A stretch of 64,000 bases of DNA from an uncultured Solirubrobacterales bacterium (GCA_963713985.1 OY970219.1:2313700-2377699), one strand, 5' to 3'; shown: positions 16,916 to 26,113, counted from the stretch's first letter. The notes: generated by a model from the letters alone, not told the origin. Numbers and translations are program-made.

Positions 16916-17595
16916 AGCTGCTCCGGCAGGCCGGTGAGGCGGATGCCCGTGTGGGCCTTGTAGCGGGAGTTGACAGCGATCAGCAGCGCGGTGAGGGACT
17001 CGGTGATGCGCGCCATCTCCAGGCGCCCGCAGTCCACGCAGCGCAGTCCCTCGATGCGCTCGATCAGCGCCGCGGCCTCGCGCTTGTCCGCGCGGGAGTC
17101 GCCGCAGAGGAGCACGTCCTCGGCCAGCTCGTGCTCGAGGTCGCTCAGCGAGGCGGCGCTGACGGTGTGAAGCGCCGAGACCACCCGCACGCCCTCGCCC
17201 GCCATCTCCTGTGCCTGCTGGGCGGCGGAGCCCTGCCACACGCCCAGCATGCGCGTGGCCTTGCCGCTCACGGCGGCCGCCAGCGGGACGCTCGCGTCGA
17301 GCAGGAGCTGCCCCGCGCGCAGCGCCCCCTTCAGATTGGTCAGGGTCTCCGACTGGTTGCGGAAGGGCACGCTCAGGATCACCGTCCCCGCCTGGGCGAC
17401 CGCCTCCGCGTTGTCATATCCCGCGAAGGACCCCTGTGGGACGAGGGCCCGCGCGCGCTCCACGGTCTCCGCGGCGCGCTCGGCGTCGCGCGAGCCGATC
17501 ACGATGGGGACGCCGGTGCGCCCCAGTCTCAGCGCCAGTCCAAAGCCCAGGGCGCCCGAGGCGCCGATGATGCACACGGGGGCAGGGGTAGGCAC
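16906..17595 (-). CDS. npdG: NADPH-dependent F420 reductase
   Basis: IIGASGALGFGLA, IGSRDAERA, ILSVPF, VVSALHTVSA, VDCGRLEMARITESLTALLI; GTG 17595. Confidence 0.9.
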   Translation of the reverse strand: MPTPAPVCIIGASGALGFGLALRLGRTGVPIVIGSRDAERAAETVERARALVPQGSFAGYDNAEAVAQAGTVILSVPFRNQSETLTNLKGALRAGQLLLDASVPLAAAVSGKATRMLGVWQGSAAQQAQEMAGEGVRVVSALHTVSAASLSDLEHELAEDVLLCGDSRADKREAAALIERIEGLRCVDCGRLEMARITESLTALLIAVNSRYKAHTGIRLTGLPEQLWE

Positions 17596-17657
17596 TGGAG
17601 GTGAGTATATGAGCGGCTCTCCGTCACGCACCAGGACCCACTACGCTTTGCCTCGAG

Positions 17658-18407
17658 ATGCGGCTGGAGAACAAGATCGCGCTCGTCACCGGGGGGGCCT
17701 CGGGGATCGGGGCCGCCACCGTCCGCCGCCTTGCGGCCGAGGGGGCGCGCGTGGCGGTGGGGGATATCAACGAGGAGGGCGCCCGCGCGGTCGCGGGGGA
17801 GCTCGATGGCGTCGGCCTGAGCATGGACGTCACCGACCTCGACTCGATCGCGGCCGCGGTGACCGCCACGGTGCAGCAGCTGGGGCCGATCGACGTGCTC
17901 GTCAACAACGCCGGCACGGACCTCTTCTCATTCTTCGTGAAAACCGACCCCGGCCTGTGGGACTTCGTGCTCGGTGTGAACCTCCGGGGGGTGCTCGCGG
18001 TCACCCACGCGGTGCTCCCGGGGATGCAGGAGCGCGGCAGCGGGGCGATCGTCAACGTGGCCTCCGAGGCGGGCCGCGTGGGCTCGCAGGGCTCCGCGGT
18101 CTACTCCGCGGCGAAGGCGGGGGTGATCGGCTTCACCAAGGCGATCGCCCGCGAGGCGGCGCGCTATCGGGTGCGCGTCAACGCGGTCGCCCCGGGGCCG
18201 ATCGAGACCCCCCTGTTCGACGCCGCCGCGAAGGTCTACGGCGAGATCGGGGAACGCTTGCAGCGGGGCATGATCGACGCCACCCAGCTGCGCCGCGCGG
18301 GCCAGCCCGAGGAGGTCGCGGCGGCGATCGCCTTCCTCGCCTGCGAGGACGCCTCCTACGTCACCGGTCAGACTCTCGGGGTCAGTGGGGGACTGTCGAT
18401 GTGGTGA
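17658..18407 (+). CDS. SDR family oxidoreductase (BadH/FabG-like)
   Basis: TGGASGIG, NNAG, YSAAKAG, NAVAPG, YVTGQTLGVSGG. Confidence 0.92.
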   Translation: MRLENKIALVTGGASGIGAATVRRLAAEGARVAVGDINEEGARAVAGELDGVGLSMDVTDLDSIAAAVTATVQQLGPIDVLVNNAGTDLFSFFVKTDPGLWDFVLGVNLRGVLAVTHAVLPGMQERGSGAIVNVASEAGRVGSQGSAVYSAAKAGVIGFTKAIAREAARYRVRVNAVAPGPIETPLFDAAAKVYGEIGERLQRGMIDATQLRRAGQPEEVAAAIAFLACEDASYVTGQTLGVSGGLSMW

Positions 18408-19324
18408 GCCTGCCGCGGGCGGTGAGGATCAGGGAGGTCGGCCCCCGCGACGGCTTTCAGAACGAGCCCGAGGTGATCCCTACCGAGCGCAAGGTGGAGC
18501 TGATCGACGCGCTCGCCCGCACCGGCCTGCGGCGCCTGGAGGTGACGAGCTTCGTGCGCCCCGACGTGATCCCCCAGCTCGCCGACGCCGGGGAGGTGCT
18601 CGAGCGGGTGGACATCCCCGAGGGGGTCTCGGTGAGCGTGCTGATCCCCAACGAGCGGGGTCTCGAGAATGCGCTGCGCCACCGCGAGCGCTTCCAGGAG
18701 ATCAACGTGATCGTCTCCGCTTCGGAGACCCACAACCGCAAGAACGTGAACCGCTCGATCGCGGAGACCCTCGCGGGCCTCGAGCGCGTGCTCGCGCGGG
18801 CGCGGGCGGAGGGGTTGCGCTGCGAGGCGGTCCTCTCTACCTGCTTCGGCTGCCCCTACGAGGGCCGCGTGGCCCCGGAGCGGGTGCTCGACATCGCCGC
18901 GCGCCTGCGCGACGCGGGCGCGCAGGAGATCGGCTTCGGGGACACCACGGGGATGGCCAACCCCGTTCAGGTGCGCGAGGTCTTCGCCTGCGCGCGCGAG
19001 CAGCTGGGGGAGGTGGAGCTCACCGCCCACTTCCACAACACGCGCGGGCAGGGCCTCGCCAACGTGCTCGCCGCGCTCGAGGTGGGCATCGACAGCTTCG
19101 AGTCCTCCTTCGGCGAGCTGGGCGGCTGCCCCGTCCCGGCTGGGGCCACCGGCAACATCGCCACTGAGGACCTCGTCTCGATGCTGCACGAGATGGGGAT
19201 CGAGACGGGCATCGACCTTCTCGCGCTCATCGCGTGCGCGCGGCGTGTTCAGGAGATCCTTGGCCGGCCCCTGGGCAGCCACACGCTGGTGGCGGGGCCG
19301 GTGGAGTGGCATGGGCGCAGCTGA
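18404..19324 (+). CDS. Hydroxymethylglutaryl-CoA lyase family protein
   Basis: IREVGPRDGFQNE, TSFV, FGCPYEG, GDTTGMANP, HFHNTRGQGLANV, GGCP..GATGNIATEDL; GTGA overlap with the SDR stop. Confidence 0.9.
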   Translation: MSLPRAVRIREVGPRDGFQNEPEVIPTERKVELIDALARTGLRRLEVTSFVRPDVIPQLADAGEVLERVDIPEGVSVSVLIPNERGLENALRHRERFQEINVIVSASETHNRKNVNRSIAETLAGLERVLARARAEGLRCEAVLSTCFGCPYEGRVAPERVLDIAARLRDAGAQEIGFGDTTGMANPVQVREVFACAREQLGEVELTAHFHNTRGQGLANVLAALEVGIDSFESSFGELGGCPVPAGATGNIATEDLVSMLHEMGIETGIDLLALIACARRVQEILGRPLGSHTLVAGPVEWHGRS

Positions 19325-19357
19325 TTGCCTCTCCAGAGGACTGCTAGCATGATTGCA

Positions 19358-19597
19358 ATGATGCAGAGGTTGATGATTCAGGCTGAGCCGGAGCTCGTGG
19401 AGCGAGCCAAGCGCCGTGCGGCTGAGCGCGGGGTATCGGTCGCCCAGGTGGTGCGCGACGCCATGGAGCACGAGCTGGGGCCGACTGTTGAGCGGATCCC
19501 ACCACCCTTGACGTGTATCGGCGCGTTCTCCTCTGCACGCGGCGACCTGTCGCGCCGGGCGAGCGAAGACGAGTACGAGCCCGAGCCATTTCGCTGA
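19358..19597 (+). CDS. Ribbon-helix-helix (CopG-like) antitoxin
   Basis: MQRLMIQAEPELVERAKRRAAERGVSVAQVVRDAME; directly upstream of a PIN gene; TAGCAT lies 7 nt before the ATG. Confidence 0.8.
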   Translation: MMQRLMIQAEPELVERAKRRAAERGVSVAQVVRDAMEHELGPTVERIPPPLTCIGAFSSARGDLSRRASEDEYEPEPFR

Positions 19598-20004
19598 TCA
19601 TCGACACGGGTCCGCTGCTGGCGGCGATTGATAGGAAGGACGAGCAGCATTCGATCTGCGCCGAGCTGCTGGGCCGCGTACGCGAGCCACGAATCGTGCC
19701 GGCGCCGGTGCTGGTCGAGCTCGACTACATGGTTTCGCGGGAGTTGGGCCCCGAGGCGTTTCCCGCGATTCTGGATCAGGTGCGCGCCGGCGCCTTCGAG
19801 GTCGAGGACCTGACCGCGGAAGACTACGAGCGGATTGCCGAACTGCTCCGCACCTACGCCGACCTGCGCGTCGGCTTCGTCGACGCCGCCGTGCTTGCCG
19901 TCGTCGAGCGTCTGCGCGAGCCCAAGCTGGCCACGCTCGACCATCGACACTTCCCGGTAATGCGCCCTCGCCATGTGGAGGCGCTGGAGTTGCTGCCTGC
20001 GTAG
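19588..20004 (+). CDS. vapC: PIN-domain toxin (VapC)
   Basis: LIIDTGPL, PAPVLVELDY, YADLRVGFVDAAVLAVVERL, ATLDHRHF; start codon unclear (ATT 19588 or CTG 19594). Confidence 0.88.
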   Translation: MSLIIDTGPLLAAIDRKDEQHSICAELLGRVREPRIVPAPVLVELDYMVSRELGPEAFPAILDQVRAGAFEVEDLTAEDYERIAELLRTYADLRVGFVDAAVLAVVERLREPKLATLDHRHFPVMRPRHVEALELLPA

Positions 20005-20049
20005 GACAGTCCGGGTGGGCCAGTCCGGGTGGCAGCGCGAGCCGCGGGG

Positions 20050-20817
20050 TCAGACGGCCAATGCCTCCTGCGCCTCGCCCTGCATCCGCGCCGCCTCGCG
20101 CGCCGCGGCCACGCAGTACTCCTGCACGGAGACCTCCATCTCGAGCGTCGCCGCGAGGGCGGGGCGGGCGGAGGCGTCGATCACGCGCTTGGCGCGGCCG
20201 ACGGCCACGTGGGAGTTGGCGAGCAGTTCATCCACCAGCGCCCCGACGGCCTCCTCGAGCTCCTCGGGGGCGACGACGCGGTTGAGCAGTCCGATGCGCT
20301 CGGCCTCCGCGGCGTCGATCGTGCGGGCGGTCATGATCAGCTCCTTGGCGCGGCCGAGGCCAACGACGGCGGGCAGGCGGCTGGAGCCGCCGACGTCGGG
20401 GATGATCCCGAACTTCACCTCCGGCAGCCCGAGCTGGGCGTCGCTGGAGGCGATCCGCAGGTCGCAGCCGAGCGCGACCTCCAGGGCGCCCCCCACGCAG
20501 GTGCGGTGAATCTGGCAGATGACCGGCTTGGCCATCTCTTCGCAGAGGTTGGCGCACTCCAGGAAGGTCTCCCGGAAGGGGCGCAGGCGACCAGGGGTGC
20601 CCGCGGAGGCGCCCAACTCGACCAGGTCGACCCCCGCCGAGAACACCGGGCCCTCGCCGCGCAGCACCACGCAGTGGACGGACTCCTCGGCGGCCGCCTC
20701 GCGCAGCTCGTGGGCGAGCGCGCGCAGCAGCTCCTGGCTCATCGCGTTGCGCTTCTCGGGGCGGTTCAGGACGACGTGGCGGACGGCGCCGCGGTCTTCG
20801 GTGGTGACGATGCTCAT
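20050..20817 (-). CDS. Enoyl-CoA hydratase/isomerase family protein
   Basis: LNRPEKRNAM, FSAGVDL, GGALEVALGCDLRIA, GLPEVKFGIIPDVGG. Confidence 0.92.
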   Translation of the reverse strand: MSIVTTEDRGAVRHVVLNRPEKRNAMSQELLRALAHELREAAAEESVHCVVLRGEGPVFSAGVDLVELGASAGTPGRLRPFRETFLECANLCEEMAKPVICQIHRTCVGGALEVALGCDLRIASSDAQLGLPEVKFGIIPDVGGSSRLPAVVGLGRAKELIMTARTIDAAEAERIGLLNRVVAPEELEEAVGALVDELLANSHVAVGRAKRVIDASARPALAATLEMEVSVQEYCVAAAREAARMQGEAQEALAV

Positions 20818-20826
20818 GGTGGCTCC

Positions 20827-21657
20827 TTAGCTCAGATCAAGGACCGGCGTGGGCGGCTCGATCGTCTCGTCGTGGCCCTCGCGCGCCACGATCGCGGTGC
20901 CGACGGCGAAGAACTCGATCGTGTGGCTGCCCCAGCCGTGGCTCTTCTCCTGCAGGTCCACCCCCACGATCCCCTCGGCGGTGAGCGTCTGCGCCTCGAT
21001 CTGCATGCGCTCCATCGCGAGCTCGCGCGCGTCGTAGAGCGCCTGGGTGAAGTTGGGCAGCTCTACGTTGCGCCCGGTCTGGGCCATCGACTGGAGCATC
21101 CCGCGGTGGGCGACGTGGTAGACGCAGCTGCCCATCACCATCCCCACGGGGCGGTGCCCGGTGCGCAGCAGCGTCCAGAAGTCCTGCCCGGAGAGGTCGC
21201 TGGTGAAGGGGCGCCCGTTGGGGGCGCGGTGCAGCTCCCCCTCGCGGTGCTTGACGGCGGTGCCGATCGCGATGAACTCCGCCATGTCCTGGCCCCACTC
21301 GTAGCGCCCGATGTCCAGGCGCACTCCCACGACGCCGTCGGCGCCGAGCTGGTCTGCCTCCTCCTCCATGCGCGTCATCGCGAGCTGGCGCGCCCCATAC
21401 ATCGCCTCGGAGAGCACTTTGAGCTCCTGGCTTTTCTTCCACCCCGCCATCTGGATGCCGATGTGGTAGATCGAGCTCCCCACCACCAGCCCCACGGGGT
21501 CGAAGCCGGCCTGCTTGATCAGCAGGAACTCGTTGACGCTCAGGTCGGAGGTGAAGAGCCCCGCACGGTTCTGCTGTAGGCGGGCGCGGCCCGCCTCGGG
21601 GACGCCCTCCAGGGAGGAGGGGTCGTAGGTCTCTGTCTGCTGCTCGCTGTCGCTCAT
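20827..21657 (-). CDS. Tandem YbjQ/UPF0145 (heavy-metal-binding-like) domain protein
   Basis: Two FTSDLS repeats, each followed by P.GLV.GS...H and L..A.Y.AR.LA..RM..EA..L.ADGVVGV. Confidence 0.85.
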   Translation of the reverse strand: MSDSEQQTETYDPSSLEGVPEAGRARLQQNRAGLFTSDLSVNEFLLIKQAGFDPVGLVVGSSIYHIGIQMAGWKKSQELKVLSEAMYGARQLAMTRMEEEADQLGADGVVGVRLDIGRYEWGQDMAEFIAIGTAVKHREGELHRAPNGRPFTSDLSGQDFWTLLRTGHRPVGMVMGSCVYHVAHRGMLQSMAQTGRNVELPNFTQALYDARELAMERMQIEAQTLTAEGIVGVDLQEKSHGWGSHTIEFFAVGTAIVAREGHDETIEPPTPVLDLS

Positions 21658-21684
21658 TCGCTTTTTGGCTCCCGGGCTCGTGTT

Positions 21685-22701
21685 TCAGGCTGTCAGATCG
21701 ATCGTCGTCTCGGGCGGGTACAGGGTGGCCTCACCGGTTTGGCGGATCGCGGTGCCGATCGCGTTGAACGTGACCATCAGGCCTCTGCGCTCGCGTGTGC
21801 CCATCCCGCCCTGCAGTGTGTGGGGAACCGCGCGATGGCCGATCCGCACGCCGACGATTCCCGAGGCGCCGATCGCGGAGGCCTGCGCGTTCAGCTCGCC
21901 CATCACGCTCTCGCGCGCGTTGTAGAAGGCCCGCGTGAACTCGCTCAGCTCGAAGTTCTGCATCCCTCCGACCGACAACATGCCGCCGCCGACCATCCCG
22001 GGGCCATAGTTGTAGCTGGCGAAGAAGACCGAGCTCCAGGCGACGATCCCGAGCGGCTCGAAGCCGCCCCGCACCAGCTTTGAGAAGTCGGCCACCGACA
22101 GCTCGGTTATCACTGGCCGCCCGTTGCCGTGCTGGCTGCCCTCGTGTGGGGCCTCGCGCCTGACGGCGGTGCCGAAGACGGTGTGTTCGAGTGAGACCGA
22201 CCCGGTTTCCAGGCTGCTTTCGCCGGAGCGCGTGTCCACTTCCACGACCGCGTCGGCGCCGACGTGCATCGCCTCCTCGGCCAGCCGCCCGAGCGCGCGC
22301 GTGCGCACCTCGTTGAGCGCACGCGAGAGCGTGTTCAGCTCGACCATGTAAGTCTGGGCGAGACCCATCCCGCCGGCACCACCCCATTCGCCACCCCACG
22401 CGCCCTGGTAGCCCATCTGGTAGATCGAGCTGCCCATCACCTGCGAGAGCGGGCGCAGCCCCAGCTGGTGGGCGAGCGCCCACCCATTGACCGAGAGGTC
22501 GGAGGTGAAGAGGCCGCCCTTCTCGCGCAGCTCGCTCAGGCGCCGCTCGGCCGCGACCGTGATCCCGCCCCGTTCGATCCGCTCCAGCGACTCCTGCTGC
22601 TCGGCGGCCGTGGCCCCGGGGTCGGCCATTTCGGCGCTGGCGGCCTCGTCGACTTCTTCTCCTTCGGCCCCCTCCGCCCCGGTGTCCCGCCGCCGCGGCA
22701 T
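21685..22701 (-). CDS. Tandem YbjQ/UPF0145 domain protein (second paralog, Gly-rich)
   Basis: FTSDLSVNGW...QVMGSSIY...ALGRLAEEAMHVGADAVVEV and second repeat AFYNARESVM...GASGIVGVRI; start 22701 or 22629. Confidence 0.8.
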   Translation of the reverse strand: MPRRRDTGAEGAEGEEVDEAASAEMADPGATAAEQQESLERIERGGITVAAERRLSELREKGGLFTSDLSVNGWALAHQLGLRPLSQVMGSSIYQMGYQGAWGGEWGGAGGMGLAQTYMVELNTLSRALNEVRTRALGRLAEEAMHVGADAVVEVDTRSGESSLETGSVSLEHTVFGTAVRREAPHEGSQHGNGRPVITELSVADFSKLVRGGFEPLGIVAWSSVFFASYNYGPGMVGGGMLSVGGMQNFELSEFTRAFYNARESVMGELNAQASAIGASGIVGVRIGHRAVPHTLQGGMGTRERRGLMVTFNAIGTAIRQTGEATLYPPETTIDLTA

Positions 22702-22702
22702 C

Positions 22703-23089
22703 TCAGCCCAGCAGCCTCTCGAGTGCCGTGCGCGCCTCGGCGCTGCGCTCGGCCTCCGCCCGCAGGTCGGCGGTCAGCGCGGCGACCCACTCGTCGGGGG
22801 GGAGCGTCTCGCGCTTGATCGAAATGCCGCCGACCTGGCGCTCGCGGAAGCCCTCGACGCGCTCCTCGGAGACCGCCAGACGGTAGTCGTTGCCGCCCAG
22901 CTCGATCCGCACCTCGCGCACGCGCTTGGGCCCGCGCCCCAGCAGGCCGCCGCCGCGGCGCTCCACGCGCGCGCGTCCGGGGAGGGACTCTTCGAGCTTG
23001 CTCGCCAGCACCTCCACCGAGATCCGAAGATCGGTACCGTCCGCGCGCAGGCCTGCCGCGGAGAGGTCGAAGTCCTGCTCGGTGGGCAT
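22703..23089 (-). CDS. Conserved hypothetical protein heading the YbjQ-pair operon
   Basis: MPTEQDFDLSAAGLRADGTDL..SVEVLASKLEESLP...VGGISIKRETL..DEWV; stop 1 nt from the next start. Confidence 0.75.
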   Translation of the reverse strand: MPTEQDFDLSAAGLRADGTDLRISVEVLASKLEESLPGRARVERRGGGLLGRGPKRVREVRIELGGNDYRLAVSEERVEGFRERQVGGISIKRETLPPDEWVAALTADLRAEAERSAEARTALERLLG

Positions 23090-23238
23090 CCTCGGAAGCG
23101 TACTCCCACCGGCCGGGCTCCGCCGCGATCGCCTCGGTGCGCAAGTGCCTTTGCGCCGGGCGCCGGAGGGCAGCGGACACCGGGGCGGCGGGGTGCAGGC
23201 GCCGATGGGCCCCACCCCGCCGCTCTGGGCCTGGACGC

Positions 23239-24366
23239 TCAGTGCAGGAGGTCCAGCGTGTTGTTGGAGTCGTTCACGAACAGCACCCCCTGGTCGTGGG
23301 GCGCCACGGTGAGCCCGAACAGCCCACCTTCGCCGGCGCCTGTGTCGAGGGGCTGGAACTCCGCGCCGACGGGGGTCGTCTCAACGATGTTCCCGTCGGC
23401 GGCGTTGGCGGTGAGGATGTCCCCGTTGGGGGCGATCGCGAGCCCCAGCGGGCTGTTGAGGTAGCCCCCCTCCGCGACCGTGGTCCCGCCTTCGCCGAGT
23501 GGCGTCTGGCGGAACAGGGCGTCGGGGATCGCGGCGATCCGGTTGCCCTGGGTGTCGGCCACGTACAGCGTGTCTTCTTCGCCGAGCCCCACGCCGGTCG
23601 GGCCGACCACGAGTGCGGCGGGGTCGGTGCGCTCGGGGAAGCCGGTGGCGATCACTTCCATGGGGCCGACCTGAAGGCCGTGGCGAAAGCGGGGGCGCAC
23701 GCGGATACGCACGACTGTGCCTTCGTCGATCGGGGTTTCGCCCGAGGCGACGGTCCCGTTCAGGACGTTGGTGACGAACAGCGTCGCGCCGTCGCCCGCC
23801 CCGACCGCGGTCATGTCCCAGGGGCCGTCGATCGGCGGGCCGGAGATCGTCTGGACCACCTGTCCGGAGCTGTCGAGCACGATCAGGCAGCCCGGCTGCG
23901 CGGTCGCGGCCGAGCCGTTGGTTGTGGGCAGGCTACCCACGACCACGAACCCCTGCGGGAGTACGGCTAGAGCGGTCGTCAGGCCCACTCCGCCTGGGCA
24001 GGGGCCGGGGAGCGAGGATGCCTTGATCCGGGCGAACAGCGAGAGGCTGCCCGATGGGGCTATCTGCACGATCGTGGTGCCGGTCCCCTGGAGGTTTTCT
24101 CTGTCGTTGAAGTTGCTGACGAGGGTGTCGCCGCGTACCAGCGCTCCCTCGCTGAAGGGCACCACCGCGATCCCGTAGGGGTTCACGTCCCCGTTGGCGG
24201 GCACTGTTTCGCCCAGTGAGGCGATCGTGTGGAACTGTCCAATGAAGGGATGGTCGAAGGCCGAGGCCAGGCCCGGCGAGAAGGCCAGGCATGCGAGCGC
24301 GGCGGCGATGGCGCTCAGCAGGCGTTTGAGATCGAGGGGGGTCGGTGTTCGTGTGATGTTGCGCAT
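23239..24366 (-). CDS. Secreted NHL/beta-propeller-like protein
   Basis: Signal peptide (LLSAIAAALACLAFSPGLASA), NGDVNPYGIAV, IDGPWDM, GPTGVGL, LNSPLGLAIAPNGD repeats. Confidence 0.75.
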   Translation of the reverse strand: MRNITRTPTPLDLKRLLSAIAAALACLAFSPGLASAFDHPFIGQFHTIASLGETVPANGDVNPYGIAVVPFSEGALVRGDTLVSNFNDRENLQGTGTTIVQIAPSGSLSLFARIKASSLPGPCPGGVGLTTALAVLPQGFVVVGSLPTTNGSAATAQPGCLIVLDSSGQVVQTISGPPIDGPWDMTAVGAGDGATLFVTNVLNGTVASGETPIDEGTVVRIRVRPRFRHGLQVGPMEVIATGFPERTDPAALVVGPTGVGLGEEDTLYVADTQGNRIAAIPDALFRQTPLGEGGTTVAEGGYLNSPLGLAIAPNGDILTANAADGNIVETTPVGAEFQPLDTGAGEGGLFGLTVAPHDQGVLFVNDSNNTLDLLH

Positions 24367-24543
24367 GGAGCTGGGTCTCCTCGTGTCGGGGCTTTACATA
24401 AAAAAGACCCCCTTATGGGGATGAACCTTCCCGCTGGTGCGCCCACGCAGGCGCGAGCTCGAGTCCTCGCCGGCGCCCGCGGCGCAGCTCATTCCCGGTA
24501 GGCTTCCGCCCCCTCAAACTGGAAAACGGAGCGGAGGTTCGCG

Positions 24544-25431
24544 ATGGCGCAGCAGATCGAGAAGGTGGGCGTGCTCGGAGCCGGGCTGATGGGCCACGGC
24601 ATCGCGCAGGTCGCTGCGCAGGCCGGCTACGAGGTGGTGGTGCGCGAGGTCGACGAGCCCACGCTCGCGAAGGGGCTCGCCAAAATCGAGAAGCAGCTCG
24701 CGCGGGCGGTGGAGAAGGGCAAGAGCTCCCAGGAGGACGCCGACGCGGTGAGAGGCCGCATCCAGGGGACGGTCCAATACCGCGACCTCGCCGACTGCGA
24801 CCTGGTGATCGAGGCGATCACGGAGAGCCTCGAGCTGAAGCTCGCGATGTGGCGCGAGGTCGATGAGATCGTCAAGCCGCAGGCGCTGTTCGCGACCAAC
24901 ACCTCCTCATTGGCGGTGATCGACCAGGCCGCCTGCACCTCGCGCTCCTCGCAGTTCGTGGGGCTGCACTACTTCAACCCCGCCCAGGTCATGAAGCTGG
25001 TGGAGGTGGTGCGCTGCGTGACCACCTCGGGGGAGACGCTCGACACGGCCCTGCAGTTCGTCCGCTCGCAGGGCAAGCTCGCGATCCCCACACGCGACAA
25101 AGCGGGGTTCATCGTCAACCGCCTGCTCGTCCCCTACCTGCTCGACGCGATCCGTGCCCTGGAAGAGCAGGTGGGCTCGGTGGCGGAGATCGACGAGGCG
25201 ATGAAGGGCGGGGCGGGGCACCCCATGGGGCCGCTGCTGCTCTCGGACCTCGTCGGCCTGGACACCCTCGGCGCGATCTGCGACGTGCTGCTCCAGGAGT
25301 TCGGCGAACGGCGCTTCGCGTGCCCGCCGACACTGCGCAGGATGCTCTCTGCGGGCTGGCTGGGGCGCAAGTCGGGAACGGGCTTCTATGACTACTCGGG
25401 AGAGGAGCCCCGCCCGAACCCGGCGCTGTAG
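24544..25431 (+). CDS. 3-hydroxybutyryl-CoA (3-hydroxyacyl-CoA) dehydrogenase
   Basis: VGVLGAGLMGHGIA, VIEAITE, FATNTSSL, GLHYFNP, GFIVNRLL, HPMGPL..SDLVGLD, GRKSGTGFYDY. Confidence 0.93.
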   Translation: MAQQIEKVGVLGAGLMGHGIAQVAAQAGYEVVVREVDEPTLAKGLAKIEKQLARAVEKGKSSQEDADAVRGRIQGTVQYRDLADCDLVIEAITESLELKLAMWREVDEIVKPQALFATNTSSLAVIDQAACTSRSSQFVGLHYFNPAQVMKLVEVVRCVTTSGETLDTALQFVRSQGKLAIPTRDKAGFIVNRLLVPYLLDAIRALEEQVGSVAEIDEAMKGGAGHPMGPLLLSDLVGLDTLGAICDVLLQEFGERRFACPPTLRRMLSAGWLGRKSGTGFYDYSGEEPRPNPAL

Positions 25432-25551
25432 GCGCTCGCCGGTCGGTTGGGGGTCGCGGTGGGCGGGAGCGCGACCGGCCGGCAAAGAGCTCCGGGTGGC
25501 CAGATCCGCGTCAGGCTGGGAGGAGCGGGAGGGTGTCGTAACCTTCCTGCA

Positions 25552-26046
25552 ATGGGTGACCTCTCGAGTCTGCGCGTCGCTGACGCCGACCGCGAGCAGC
25601 TGATCGATGAGCTGCGCGAGCACGCGGGGGCTGGCAGGCTCACCTCGGAGGAGCTCGAGGATCGCATCGGGGATGCCTACCGGGCGTCCACGCGCGCGGA
25701 CCTCGACGCGGTGCGGGCGGACCTGCCGGTCAGCTCGACCTCGGTGAAGCGGGCTCTGACCAAGCGCAAGGCCCACCTGCGACGCCGCCTCCTCCAGGAG
25801 GCCGGCGGGTCGGTGGGCGTCTCGCTGCTGAGCGTGGGCGTCTGGGTCGCCAGCGGGCCGCCCGGGGACTTCTGGCCGGGCTGGGTGATCGGCGTGACGC
25901 TCCTGCCGGTGGTGCGCGACGCCTGGCGCCTGCTCGGGCCGGCCTCGGACCTCGAGCTGGTGGAAGCGCGGCTGCAGGCCCGCCACGAACGCCAGCTTGC
26001 GCGGGGCCGCCGGCGCCACCGCTACCGGGGGCTCCCGCGTCCGTGA
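25552..26046 (+). CDS. DUF1707 (SHOCT-like) domain protein with C-terminal transmembrane segments
   Basis: LRVADADREQLIDELREHAGAGRLTSEELEDRI.DAYRASTRADLDAVRADLP. Confidence 0.85.
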   Translation: MGDLSSLRVADADREQLIDELREHAGAGRLTSEELEDRIGDAYRASTRADLDAVRADLPVSSTSVKRALTKRKAHLRRRLLQEAGGSVGVSLLSVGVWVASGPPGDFWPGWVIGVTLLPVVRDAWRLLGPASDLELVEARLQARHERQLARGRRRHRYRGLPRP

Positions 26047-26113
26047 GCCCGGTGCTCGCCCCTCGCGGGGGGTCCGGTCGCGCGTCCGTGAGCCCGGGCC
26101 TCGCCCCTCGCGG
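26036..26113. repeat. 33-bp direct repeat with 45-bp period spanning the DUF1707 stop codon
   Basis: CGCGTCCGTGAGCCCGG(TG/GC)CTCGCCCCTCGCGG at 26036 and 26081. Confidence 0.85.

Noticed and set aside
17249-19324. 691-aa ORF suggesting an SDR-HMG-CoA lyase fusion
   Set aside because: The upstream part is an out-of-frame read of the SDR; the two genes are separate with a GTGA overlap.
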